Source of the DNA: Tubiluchus corallicola
Taxonomy: Eukaryota > Animalia > Priapulida
DNA length: 64,000 nt
Direction of reading: 5' to 3'
Assembly (NCBI GenBank): GCA_030141605.1
Contig: JAQGDQ010000079.1
Location: 620,001 to 684,000 of the forward strand
Below, in pieces: positions 51,401-64,000 of this stretch. The notes under the pieces are model-generated. The model saw nothing but the letters and a program-made list of their open reading frames with translations, had not been told where the DNA came from and did no database searches. A program made the position numbers and the translations under genes. How positions within the stretch are numbered: position 1 is the first letter of the stretch; the number at the start of each line of letters is the position of its first letter.

Positions 51401-54400
51401 AATCTTTAGTAAAGAATTACTCAGGCAATTACTTAATGACCTCAAAATTAAAACCACTGCATTTACATGCAAAAAATCGTATAAGACAATACAATTTAAA
51501 TGATTCAGAAATGTTTAGGGCATAAAATGTAGACGAACATTTCTGTAGAACAGCAGCTTTGCTAAGCTTCTGAGATCCTAAGCTATCTGAATTTTGGCAC
51601 ATTGGAACAATCTCTTGTAGGTGGTCATAGCCACTTTTGATTGCATCACGCCTTTTCTGCTCCGCTAGCTGGTGGGCTTCACGGCGTCGATCTTTATACG
51701 ATATCGTAGACTTCTCTGCAATATCACTGTCATCTTCATCTTCTATAAGTAAAGACATAAAATCAACTGAATAATAGAAATTCATCTAAAATGAGCAAGG
51801 AAATAGAGAATTTATTCTCTAATTTTGAAAAATAAATGCTTTATTTAAGCACACATTCTTTTTTCGTTAAATAATAGTTTAATGGTGAACTGTGCTTCAC
51901 TGAATTTTCTACTGATCAAATATTCTACAGAATAAAAATTATACAAAACAATACCTCATGCTGCAAGAAAGTACCAGATATACGATATGGTTGTGCCACT
52001 ATGGAGAAAATTCGCTATAATGAAGGTTTAATATAGCGAGTAATTAAAGTAATTTCCTTTTCGGATGATACTGTGTATATTCATGTTATAAATTTCTGTT
52101 AAGCATGCTCTGGAAGATACTTATACCCACTTGCTTTTACTAAACTTTACAAAATTTCACGTATTTTCTTGTAACTCCATTTCAAGAATACCAAATAAAA
52201 AACTTTATCAAGTTGCACAATATCTCAATGAAACAGTTTAATAAAAACCTCAGCACTGACAGTTTTGAAAATGAGCTTCCAGCTGAGATAAAGATCTTTT
52301 TTTAACTTCATTGTGAAGTCTATTAACTGAAAGAACAATTAATTATGAAAATGTACTTAATGCTGGCATATATTGGTACAACTTAAATTTGAACCTCTAC
52401 CATTTTCTCAGACTTTAATAGGTAATAACAAAAGTTAATAATCACTGAAAGTCATGCACGTCATACTACATTAGATACCCTGCGACACTCTTACAAACCT
52501 GTGTTCTGCGTTGATGAACTAGGAGATGACTGATAAGCAGATCCAACACTGCTAGTTCTAGAGAAGCTAAACTTTGTTTTATCACACGAATTGGGAGAGG
52601 TTACTTCTAATTTTATAGTGTCGTCATCATTCAACACAACTGGAAAACAATTTAGGAGTACAGATTAATATCACAAAATTTAATACAATTAAAATATTCT
52701 TTAAACAAGGCTGCCTTACCTCGTAAAAAGCTATGATTAATGGCTATCTGAAAAAGCAATGAAATGGATGAGAGTGAACTCACATTGTTTATTAATCATT
52801 CTTTTTTCCGTACAATCATGTGTACAATACTGTGTACTGTAGTATTGTAATTAGAAGACTTCAATAGATAGTCATTAGAGTTTTAGCCCCATAATGTTAC
52901 AGACGTAGGTCAATGCTCACTTTGATAATTTGATTTGTGACAGAAAATGCTCTGCAAATTTTTTTTATTTGAAAAGAAGAAAAGAGAGGGGTGGAAGGTT
53001 CCATCATCTAATAACACTATAACACTGACATGTAAAGACGCTGCAAATTGTGAAAGTGAAGTGCACGTTTAAGAAAAAAGCTAAGATCAGAATTTAGTTT
53101 AATAGTTTATTTACTGTTTGTAAGACTAGAACTAATAAATTAAGACTCAACAAGAACAGCACAAAAATGCAATAATAGGGATGACAATCAACAATGTGTA
53201 ATGCAAAGTTAGTAAAACTGAAAGAAACGTTTGGCAGCAAAAAGCAAGAAATCAAGTGGAAATCACAAATGTAAAAATATCAAAACACTAAGCATTACCA
53301 AATGGTGAACCTAAGTAAAATTCGACAGCATCCTGACACCTACAAAAAATCTAAACTGTGTGTGAAATACAATAATTCTTACAAAGAAAGGCTCTTAAGT
53401 TTACACTAGTGCATCAAAGGCATACCAAAATAAGGCGGGATTTTGTAATTAGTACAATCTTTGACATTTATCTCATGTTACTACCAATTAATTATCGCTC
53501 ATTGGTAGTCAAATTTGCTGTAAGTATATGCAAAAAAATAAGCAAAAATATGGTATGATGTGTAGCAAACCTGATTAATTTGTGAAAGTAAATTTGCTTG
53601 GAGTCTAATGCAGGCATTAAAAATAATTCAGCTTTGTATGTATGTTGAAATAACAAGTTGTACTATTTGTACAGGATAGAATTTCTATTATTTAGCCATT
53701 TTGCACTCTTGAAGAATGTATAAAGGACTTGTAATAAGGCTTTTTTTATAGAATATGGGATTCATTCAGCACCTGTCAGAAGTCCTAAAAATTATTCAAA
53801 ATGTTATTTAAAAGTACACAGCCATGAAATTTTCAGTAAGTGCTTCTGATGAATAAGCAATGCCCATGCACCAAAAATGTAAGAATGCCATGGCATAAGA
53901 CTAGTTGCAGCACTGCACTGCAAGCACAACCTACACATGCAGATAAATGTTAGTAGTCCATTACAATAGGCTTTGCTGTAATGAAGACACAGATAATATG
54001 TACAACACCTTGACACAGCTAAATGTTCCATATTTAACTGTCATATAGTATTAATTAAAGTGAAGCATTTATGTAGTATAGTAATTATACACATGCTTGC
54101 AACCGGCCTGCCTTTTATTAAGACACCACTTAACGTTGGCACCATTATCGTTTTATTAAGCAAGACTACTATACTGCTTATGCACCTACGTTCTAAGTTG
54201 TAATAATTACATATGAATAATAAAAATCATATTATTAATAATTATTATTAATATTATTACTACTTAATACTATTATAGACGGACCAGAAAAAGCCTAAAT
54301 AACATTCAAAAAAAATTTTGTAAGGCGCTGCGTGCTTCAGCTGAGGAACTACCTGCCCTAGAACTGAGGCAAAAATTATGTTAAACTATTACAAAAACAG

Positions 54401-54476
54401 CAATGATGAAGTAGCTGTCACGAGACTACACCCTACCAGTACTAGAATTGCTGTTAGGCCGTCCTCCTTCTGCCAT
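48437..54476 (-). CDS. MLX: Max-like protein X (bHLH-ZIP), 6 coding exons, ~253 aa after correcting a +1 frameshift in the last exon
   Basis: Exons 54437-54476 (MAEGGRPNSNSST), 52499-52639 (FSRTSSVGS...QNT), 51539-51742 (SYKDRRREAHQLAEQKRRDAIKSGYDHLQEIVP...KLSKAAVLQK), 51045-51144 (SIDYIQFL...LQIMQA), 50595-50679 (NYEEIVKAH...EVKFGI), 48437-48629 (FQAI/LDAQFMSF...INWLEEHCKP...*). Exon 1 is less certain. Confidence 0.92.
48938..49885 (-). mobile_element. Second, shorter (948 bp) copy of the Tigger/pogo family seen at 14631, in the last Mlx intron
   Basis: TA|CAGTAGGCGCCGCTTAATAGACTCA ... TGAGTCTATTAAGCGGCACCTACTG|TA. Colinear with 14631-15956 but lacks the HTH ORF segment. Confidence 0.9.
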
Positions 54477-54900
54477 AATGGTTGGATGAGATACATTAGG
54501 CGAATAATATGACGCTCGTGATGACTACATGCTACCTGACGAAAAAAGCTACATTTGTAGAATTAATTGTAGTTTCACTAAAATAATTTCATAATTAATA
54601 GTTGTTTACGAATTTGTACTAGGCACAAATTCAGCAAGCAACGAGCCCTTCGTCACACCAAACGTCAGAATGCGACACTGCTAAAAGTAAATCAGTCCGA
54701 CTTCGTTTCCAATGTTACCCTTTTAATTGTGTAAGACCAGTAGATAAATACTTTAATACAGATAAAATACCGGAAGTCATTATAATAATACAGCAGTAAA
54801 AATAATGATACAATATAATAAGTTCGCTAATCATCTATTCAGCACGATGCACTGAAAGACTTCTCACGAGCCTTGCCAGTTGACATACATCCTCCACGTG
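54477..54900 (-). promoter_or_regulatory. Putative Mlx promoter
   Basis: Upstream of the Mlx ATG. ETS motif ACCGGAAGT at 54769-54777, E-box CACGTG at 54895-54900, more CpG than the flanks. Confidence 0.4.
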
Positions 54901-55727
54901 AATGCCTCAATGTCTTCTACCACCGCTGGCTTATAGCAATCCACTCATCGCCAACTTTTCTGAGAGAAGCATTAGTACATGGGTTTCAAAGCCTCATTGT
55001 AATTTGTGAAACGAAATGACAGACTGACAGTTAGTGCAAAATCTACAATTATTGCGAAATGTTAATTGCAAAAAAGTGCAAACTACGAAATGGAAACCGT
55101 GAAATGGAAATTGCAAAACTATGACAAGGAAAATCATGTGGTATTTTGTTCATGAATACTATGCTAAATTACGATGCACGGCCATCAGTGTTTTCCTTAG
55201 CTAAAAACTTTGCTTGGCTAAACTTAATCAATCAGTGTTATATAATTTTATTATAAGATTTTATTAGCAAGTATATATGTATTTATTAATTTGTTATATT
55301 TATTATTATTTAGGTATGTAACGAAAGCTTACTAGCCAAGTTTAACACTTGTTAAACTTTAAAGTTTAACTCTAACATTTGTTTATTTTTAGTAAAAGAA
55401 AATTTATAAAAATTGTAAATGGTCAATAAACTGTTAAATAGATTTTGTGAAACAATTTCACGATTTAAGTTTCGCAATTTCCGTTCTACAATATCCATTT
55501 TGCAATTTAGATTTGGTATCGTAAATTACAGTAAATCGTTATAAAATCATACTAGCATTATTTTAGTAAGTTTGTAAATACGAAACAAAAGCTGTCATTT
55601 AAAGAGCCATAAACCTTCATTAGTTCCTTTTCTATTTGGCAAGTGGCAGAAGAGTGACTAAGGAGAAGAGAAATTGATTTATATGTGTATATGTGTATAT
55701 GTGTGTATGCCGCTACTACCGCTGTTG

Positions 55728-55955
55728 ATATCGTAATCATCGCCATCACTGTTGATGATTAAGTTACTCTTGCCGTTACAGTTGTTATCTTCGACGATGC
55801 AGCCATCAATATCGATGTAGTCATCGTCAAGCCTCTTACAACTTGTGAAGGGCCTTGGTTATCATCAGTATTAGTAATTGCAGATTATTAACAAGAGATG
55901 ACAATGGTAGTAATGATGGTGATAATGATGAAAATAACGATGCTGATGATTATAA
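55728..55955. repeat. Degenerate (CAT)n/(GAT)n low-complexity region
   Basis: atcatcgccatcactg... and gatgacaatggtagtaatgatggtgataatgatg runs. Confidence 0.6.
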
Positions 55956-58900
55956 TAAGGCAATAATTGTTCAATGTAGGCCCCATTCAATTTCTATCGT
56001 AAATATTTTTCAGGGGCTTTGTTGGCAGTCTTTGTTTGTAGGGATATATGCAGTACTGATACACAGTTTACTTATTATGATTCAAACTAAGTGTGTATAA
56101 GTGACTAAATTAGTGCATCATTGTGCATCACTTTAAGTAACAGAAGTTAAGTAACACGTTACAGATTTTGTGGTCCATATTGGTCGCCTTGTCTAACTGA
56201 TGGCCGTTTAACTTACCTCCTTTAGAGCAGCTTAATTAGGAGTTATAATTATACTTATTCAATTGGCAAACTGAATAAGTATACATTTTAGTGATGTGTA
56301 AAATACGCTTAAAATTTTTGTATAGTGCAATATTTTTTTAAGACTCACAAAGCAATATTTTCTTCTAAACTTCTGGCGACATTTTCAATTGGTTCATAAA
56401 ATTACAGCTCGCCATATCAAAGACATTTTCCATGATTCACCACGTACGAATTTTCAAATTTCTGTAATTATATTTTACGGCAAATTTCAAGCAGATTTCA
56501 ACAAATTCAAAACAATTTTAACAAAGTATAATAGCGATATTATTTGCTGCTTATAATCCTCAATGCTTACCGGGCTACGTGTTTCAATTTGAATTAAAAT
56601 AGAGCAGCTTTGTGCATGGAAATAATTACTGTAGATGTTTTCTAAAGGCTTTTCGTAAAATCTGTGGTAATTATTACGCAAGCACTTCAAAGCTTCGCGC
56701 CACTTTTTACACTAGAAATTGCAACTTGGCGCAAAAGATTTTGGCATGGGATTTGTGCCTACAAAAGCTAAAATCTCTTCATTTTCGACCAGGCATTCCA
56801 CACACAGTAGGCTGATACAAACGGTAAATATTATTGTTTCTGTCCTTTGCTGTTGTCGCCTCAGCCGTTTTTCCACACCAACCAGACAAATCTTTAGATT
56901 TTAATCTGGGCTAAGTGCAAGGGATTTTAGCATCAGGGTTAGAAAAATATACGACGCTATGAACAAAGTATTGCATTTCCCAGGCAGCATAGACAAACAC
57001 AATGACGTTATTTATGATGCACAATCTCTCCATCTTTTTGTGTCCTGATAGTGCAATGATCACCTATTGCTATGAGAGATGTCACTTATACGCTTTATTT
57101 TTCTGGAAAGTATACGAGGAAAAGGCGCAAGTTGTGTAAATCCGCTGGCTCTACCGTAATTATACTTGTGATAAAATCAACCTACATTTATCTTTACCAA
57201 TGATCTCTTCAGATCGACAAACTTTATAGGTTCTTTAGCGTTATAAACGCATTAAAAAATTTTATTACAGAATTTTTGACTTTGTGTTATACCCTTACAG
57301 AGTTATAATGAAAGAGTGGCTAAAAATTGTTCGTCCACGCAAAATTTTTATAACTGTCTGCAAAACCTTAATTCTTGAAAGACTGACGTATGCCTGTATA
57401 AGCCTTGCATAAGGGTTTCTTATTGAGGTCCCTAAGGTTTGGAAACTAATATTTTTAGTGTTTCTGCTCTTTTTTCGATTGGTATTTTGCGTTTTTTCCT
57501 CAGATGATAAAAATTATCAAAATGTGCAACTAGTTGAATATGCATGCCTAACAACAGAATTATAGTATAATGCATATATTTTGCGGGTATTCAGTATTGC
57601 GACACGCCAAGTTCATTATTATTCTGTACGACGAAGATCGTGTAGTTTTGTGTCGTTTTGTTAGCTTTAATTTTATTAGGTTATGTACCTATTTACATCT
57701 GTTCAATACCATGTTATAACGGTAGCTGAACAGAAAACAAATTTATTGTTCTTTGTTAACTAAAATGAGTTACCTTGCTACTAGGAATACATTTGTTTTT
57801 GATATTGTCCGTCATTTATTGCTTTGTTAATCCATTTTATTGCTGAGTCTATACACGCGCGTGGGTACGCTCACGCCCCCATTCAGGCACTACCAAACCA
57901 AGTTTATAAAAATGTTACTTTTGATGCATACTAAACTTGATTCTGCTCGCTTTTGTTTCACCTCTTAGTTAAGCATCTGTCCTAGCAAGAGTTCCAATGT
58001 TAATTCTGTTATATAAACCCAACGGCCCTTTTGTATTTTCCTCTTCAAAGTTAATAAAACGGTTATATAGTCATAGGATTACCGCGATTGGTCCGTTCAT
58101 TCAGAATCTTTACTAGCACAGTTTATAAAATGTTGTGAGTTATTCACATTTTGTCAAGCAATGTAAGCGTACTCGTTTCATGATTATTTTAGTGTACCTG
58201 CTATCAAAACGTTACGAATTTTGCCTTTGGACAGTGCTGACACCGTGTGAGATGATCGCTAAACAGCTGTAAAAACAATGCAAAATGGCTAGCGCAACTA
58301 CAAAATTGGTTTGGTATGATTTTACAAACAAAGGTAATTAATAATTACAATAGTTGTCTTTTTCGCAAGCATAGTGTTTGCAATGACGCTTTTTATTATG
58401 AAAATGTACTAAAAAATTATAGCACGATTAATGTAGAAATTCAAGCACTAAAAAACTGTTTCAGTGCCTAGAAAAGTGTATGTCTCGTATGCTCCATAAA
58501 ACATTTTAGTTTGATGCGCTTTGTTTATGGCACATATACAACGAGATTATTGATTATGGCTGCGCGTGTAACATTTGCTTTATTCTTGTCTATTTATGAG
58601 CAAGACTGGCAGCATGATACGACTAGAAAAAATTCCCAAAAGGCATCGAGTTACTGTATGGTACTCCTGATTTTTTCTGTTATTTAATTAATTATATACA
58701 AGCTATTAAGTAGACACTGGTTATGTTTAGATGTCGTAATTAGGTCTACCTGAAATAATAATAGCTGGCAGATTGACAGATAAAAATCTGAGATTCACAG
58801 CACAGTTTTTTGAAATCTAGTTCCTATAGCTAACTCCTGCATTGTTTGATTTCCGGACTAGTAAACCTCATATTTCTTTTCTGTCAGGCTAATGGTTATG

Positions 58901-60329
58901 ATTATTCCATTACATTGAATTACCAGAAGTTGCTTGCTATTTATTTTGAAATGCAAAAGCAATGTGGGAAATTTACATATTAGGATACACAATTAATAAG
59001 TTAGGTATTCGCCTTTGAAACACACTTTACTATGGCGTCTACAATATCATTATGACCACAGATTTAAATGGTGCTTACGGCAGGGGATTTAAATCTGCGA
59101 TTATGACATAAGAAATTGTTGATTATGGTTGTACAAAGCTATATGAAGAGTTCACAATGTTTAAGACGTAAACAAAATGAATTATCATGGTTTATTATGT
59201 GGAAGAATGAATTATATGTTTTGTTAAGTTATATTTTTTATTTTATTTGTTTTCATATTGAGTTTTACAAATTCAATTTATAATTTTTCGCCGAAAGGTA
59301 AGTAAAATTATTTCAGAACGTTTTTGTAGTGATTGAAATATTGGTCAGCATTGTAACAATGGTGTATATAAAAGGTTCAAATTAATTCGCTAATTTTAAA
59401 ACTGAAATGAATTGCAAATAGTACGTCTTTAACGTTAACACTTTCATTAGTCAAATAAGGATGTTGACAAGCGCATGCAATTATGGCAAGACATATTATT
59501 TTTTCAAGACTGATAACATGTGTTTTCTTCGTTCTCTTTAAGAGTAATTCTAACCCAATGAGCACATTAATATTAAAAACACGATAGGATAAATTTGATG
59601 TTAAAAAGTTTACTACACATTTCTTGAGCATCAGTCTCCGATCATTAATAAATCAAGAGCTCGCTGACTGACTTACACAATGATTAGGTAGGCCTAGCTT
59701 GTTTAATTAACCGAAAATTTGCGTTAGTAATTATTTGCGCACAGGACGACAAGGCGCACATGTGTGTTTTTTACTGTATAGACCTACTACACTACAATTA
59801 CAGTTAGGAAAAAATAAAAATGTTAGACAAGGAAATCGTACATCATAATATTATGAAATGCGATATAAATTTTTTCTTTTTTTTCTTTTCTGCTATTTTG
59901 GCTCGTCAAAAAGACTCTTTATCGAAAATTTCTGAATTACATTTTGCGCCTCCTGCTGCCAACTTGTTAAGGTGCAGTAATTTGCTGATATTAACAAGTA
60001 TTTGTAATGATAAAAGCTATTATACGTTTGATTACGCTTTGTAATATATATATATAAAAGATGCTGGACCATCATTTTGCGTATTAAATTTGTTTACTCT
60101 TGTGCTGTTTATTATTTGCAATTTTTATTACTTAAATTAAAATGAGAAACAAGTCAAAAATATTTCTCTATTGTATCTTAAACAGAACAAATTAGGAGAA
60201 CTTGTCGTTACTAAATAATATCTGCCATGTCTTTCAAGTAAGATTTACTGAAAACCTCATATATAATAAGCTTACGAATGTATATAGTTCAATGAATTTT
60301 CGACTTTATCTCTGTGTACCAGAAAATAT

Positions 60330-60570
60330 AACATTCACGTATAGCGTGAATGTTATATTTGCAGCACTTGTCAGCCGGGCTCCTACACGCCTCCTACTGT
60401 TTCTATACTGTTTCCTTCAACATTTTGCGCTCGCGCTTGTTTTTTCTGGTCATTTTTCTAGGCTGGAAAAACATTTGCGTAACTCTTGAATGCGACCTCG
60501 TCTGTATTCTCGCAATAATGAGTCAAACTGTGGCTGCTTTTATGCTCCGTAGTTCTTCCCACCAGCGAAA
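60330..60570 (-). mobile_element. Possible highly degraded PIF/Harbinger transposase N-terminal remnant
   Basis: Broken-frame peptides RWW.., QFDSLLRE.., DEVAFKSY.. and EPG recall the Harbinger N-terminal pattern. Many stops and frameshifts; recognised by eye only. Confidence 0.25.
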
Positions 60571-61693
60571 TAAACAGTAAAAGTCAATAAAAATATTTTT
60601 ACACTATTTGTGTGACCATGATTGGTAATGCGTACAACACTATAACGTTATGATGGTGGATACTGTTGCGTTAAACTGCACAAATACAAAGCTCTGCTTG
60701 TTTATTATCTTGATGCATTTAAAAAAGTCACTAGATAATTGGAGGTAATGGATTGGTTGGTGAGTAGTAACTGAAGTAAGACTTGCCTCAATCACAATGG
60801 GCTGTGTAATCCAGCGGTTATAGCTGTAATCCTCGTCACTGTCATCATCATCATCGTCGTCATTCATCACTGACCAAAAATTAGCCATTTTCATTTTATT
60901 TTAAGTAATTACCTAGTAATAAGTAAGGTATTAGGCTTCGCAATCGATGAAAACTTTTTTTTGCGAGTGGGCGTACTTATCTCAACATTATTGTGCTACT
61001 CGAACTTCCTGCACCTATTAAAGAATTATAATCTTGCTATAGTGACAACTATATAGCCACTATACAGCGAACTTTGGTCAGAAACACCACTTTTGAATCA
61101 TTACTTTAATTTTACAATAGCTTCAGAATTGTGTAAAAAAAACACCCAGTAAGTTTAAAATATCCAGTGAAAATTTACTTGTAAAGAAAAATAAAAGGCG
61201 TTACTTGACAAAGAAACTTTTCGAACTTAGAAAGAATATTTGAAAAAAAGAAGATAATATAGCTTTAGACTAAGTAATTAGTTAAAGGTTGATTTTTCGA
61301 GAACGAAATTAAATAAATGAATGCGTCTACGATCGCCTTTGATTTAGAGTGGCCCCTTTTTTCCACTTCGTTTGTAAACACCTGTGTACCTCCTGCGTTG
61401 ATCATTTAAAGTAAGCGTTATAATCCTTACATTCCTGCCTACAAGTACTTGCTCAATACCTGAGTTATGCAGGTATAAGACCCAGGTAATCCTACCTGTG
61501 TTGGCGTGTCCCTCTGATTGGATCTAATCTCACCTTTCTCCACTTTAAACCCGTGTTAAGATCTGAAAGTTAACTTATACTATGAACAAGCGCAAACTTA
61601 AATAACTTAACGCTGCTGTCATTTCAAATTTGACATTGCGCTTTGCATTTTGTGACAAAAGATTTGTAAAATAAAGAAAATAGAGACCTTATA

Positions 61694-62221
61694 CAGGGTG
61701 TTTCAGAAGCAACCCTGTAGTAGAAATAGAATTAACACTGATACGTGTACGGTATATTTAAACGTAAAAAAACCAAGTTACTTGGTAGGAATTGAGTTAT
61801 GCAAATATAAATTATGTTAATATCATTATAATGTCATAATGCAGAAATATTTTGGGCAAAATAATAAATGTTTACTCAGAACATCCAACTCATAACATCC
61901 AGTTTCGTATGGAACGCTGATGTGGAACTTAAAGCTTATTTTTGAATATTAATAAATCAATTACGTATATTAATAAGTGAATTACGAATACTCAGAATTG
62001 ATTTATTAATATTCATAAATGATTTATTAATATTAAAAATAAGCATTAAATTCCACTTTGGCGTTCCATAGCTACATTCCCGTTTTTCCAACAAATATGT
62101 AATATTTTTATAATCTCTTACTAAATGACACTCTATATCATTTCATTACAATTTGGCCAGCATATTTCAGCGTATTTCACCATAATTATATCTACTGCAC
62201 TGCGTCTTCTGGAACATCCTG
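61694..62221. mobile_element. Tc1/mariner-type MITE
   Basis: TA|CAGGGTGTTTCAGAAG ... CTTCTGGAACATCCTG|TG: 16-bp TIR with 2 mismatches; the right TSD is mutated. Confidence 0.65.
61908..62070. mobile_element. Palindromic foldback-type MITE nested in the mariner-type MITE
   Basis: ~50-bp inverted arms TATGGAACGCTGATGTGGAACTTAAAGCTTATTTTTGAATATTAATAAATCA / TGATTTATTAATATTAAAAATAAGCATTAAATTCCACTTTGGCGTTCCATA, with internal ATATTAATAAAT tandem units. Confidence 0.75.
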
Positions 62222-64000
62222 TGTATTAAACTTCTTTGAGGTTTATCGAAGTCAAATAAATTAAGAAAATAATATACTTATATTGATCCACGATAAGTTT
62301 TGAGCTGTAGAAAAATGTTAACACTTGAATACAAAGCAATGCATATTAATTCCTTTATTTAAACCATAACGTTTAGCAGATCATTCTACATCTTGAAATT
62401 GTAAAAATGTTAAGTTACGAGGGTCGGATTTTGACCTTTATGGGGTTCCCAGGCTAATGAAATTATGTGGGGACCCCTCAAACGGAGTCACCCTCAAACT
62501 CACCCGCACCCGTCTTGAATACAATTTACTCGTGATATATTTTAGCGACATTTTCATGGCTTGAAGTAAACTTATTGCAAATTCTTTAAAGAAACTAAAA
62601 CAGCTATCTTTTGTTTGTCAATAAAATATTCTTTAAGAAAAATATTTTACTATTAATTATTATATTGTAATAAGCACATATTTCAACGCAACCATAATGA
62701 AAAAAAGACAGATTTCTTTTACCAAAATCTAATGTTACCAAAGCTTGAGGACTCCAAGCTTGAGTGGCCCTAAGCTGCAGTCTATACACTAACCTATAGG
62801 ATAATCCGGCCCTGGCTGTGATCAATACGCTATTCCGCGGGTGGATTTGCAAATGCATTTGTAATAATTAACACAAGATACTCAATATGCTCAATTAAAA
62901 AAATTTACATTTAATTTTGTTTTGTAATTGGTTAAACTTTACACTTTTACAAATATTTTTATACTTTTCAAATAATATTCATGTTTTTTTAATTGAATAC
63001 ATTTTAAAAAATAGTGTTTTGTATCTCACTTTAGTTCTTTATAGTTATATTTGTAAAGCAACCGACAATATTATCTTACTGTCAGTAAAAATTTAGTACG
63101 GTCGGCGAAACGTTGTGATTTAATTAGAAAATTTTTCATGTAAATATGACATCGTTGGCTAGCAATATTTTATCACTAAATGTTGACATGTATGTTGCTA
63201 TCAACATAAATTTTATTAGAACAGATTTAAGACCGCTTATATTATAAACAAGCAAGTTAATGATGGACCATAAAGACAGTAGATTTTAATGTGTATTTTT
63301 CTCTTCGTTAGTACATTTTGAATTGCACATGCATTTGCTGATTCACTCAGTTACATTACTGTTGAGAAGTCTATATTCCAAAGACTAGAAATTATGTACA
63401 TACAAAAACTTACTGATTTGTATAGCATAAATGAGAATGCCTTAACACTGTTATTCATCCTTAATAATTTCTCATCAATGATATATAATTGTTTTGTATA
63501 AAGTGGCTTGATTAGGTTGCCCTTGTTGTTAAACATTATAAGCTGCACAATGCATGTGTGTAAAATCTTCAATCATTTGTAAAAGTAGTCACCTCGTCCT
63601 TTTGCTTGCTAGGACTAGCCTAATTACAAAACTAGGCGTCTAGAGGTGATTTCAAGGTGAGCCACGCGTTATCTGCCTCTTTAATGGTCATGCGTCATTA
63701 GACTTAATTAAATTGTCTTTCACGCGACGATTTGGGTTTTCTGTTTTTGCAAATGTAAACAATAATTGTGCTAACGTGGTACATGCATGTCAACTTACGG
63801 TTGTTATACGTTTTTCACCACGTTAGCTTAAACTTCAACGTTGTCAGTTAAATCGAAGATTTGTTCAAACTAATCTCTATTAGGCTGACGCGAGACAGGT
63901 TACCTGACAGACTGTGATAAATTTCAATCTCTAATAAAATCTCTCATAGGTTTGAGTCACAATTGCGAAATGAAGTATTATCAGTAATAATCCTGCGTTC

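Noticed and set aside
57340-59140. Faint LINE RT-like peptides (LTYAC, IDYGC, VDYGC)
   Set aside because: Too short and degraded to delimit an element.
60640-60894. 84-aa minus-strand ORF with poly-Asp
   Set aside because: Driven by a (GAT)n run; no splice partners or recognisable domain.

Overview
AT-rich (roughly one third GC) eukaryotic genomic DNA with GT-AG spliceosomal introns, from an invertebrate animal (lophotrochozoan-like by protein style; this is inference only). I reconstructed five multi-exon genes by hand: MRPL20 (minus, 338-4250), head-to-head with a TMEM132-family gene (plus, 4981-17692); an isopentenyl phosphate kinase (IPK)-like gene (plus, 25015-31531); class I fructose-bisphosphate aldolase (minus, 34658-41617); and the bHLH-ZIP factor Mlx (minus, 48437-54476), whose last exon carries a +1 frameshift in this sequence. 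Mobile DNA includes a frameshifted CR1-type LINE, a young 5'-truncated RTE LINE with an 8-bp TSD inside an aldolase intron, two related Tigger/pogo deletion derivatives, hAT and Tc1/mariner MITEs, and a ~440-bp (GA)n tract. Most notable: (1) an intron-containing animal IPK with an in-frame duplicated half-exon; (2) Mlx directly upstream of aldolase, whose promoter has an ATCACGTGA E-box; (3) two candidate distal aldolase first exons that splice in frame to give N-terminal extensions. No gene could be supported in 54.5-64 kb.
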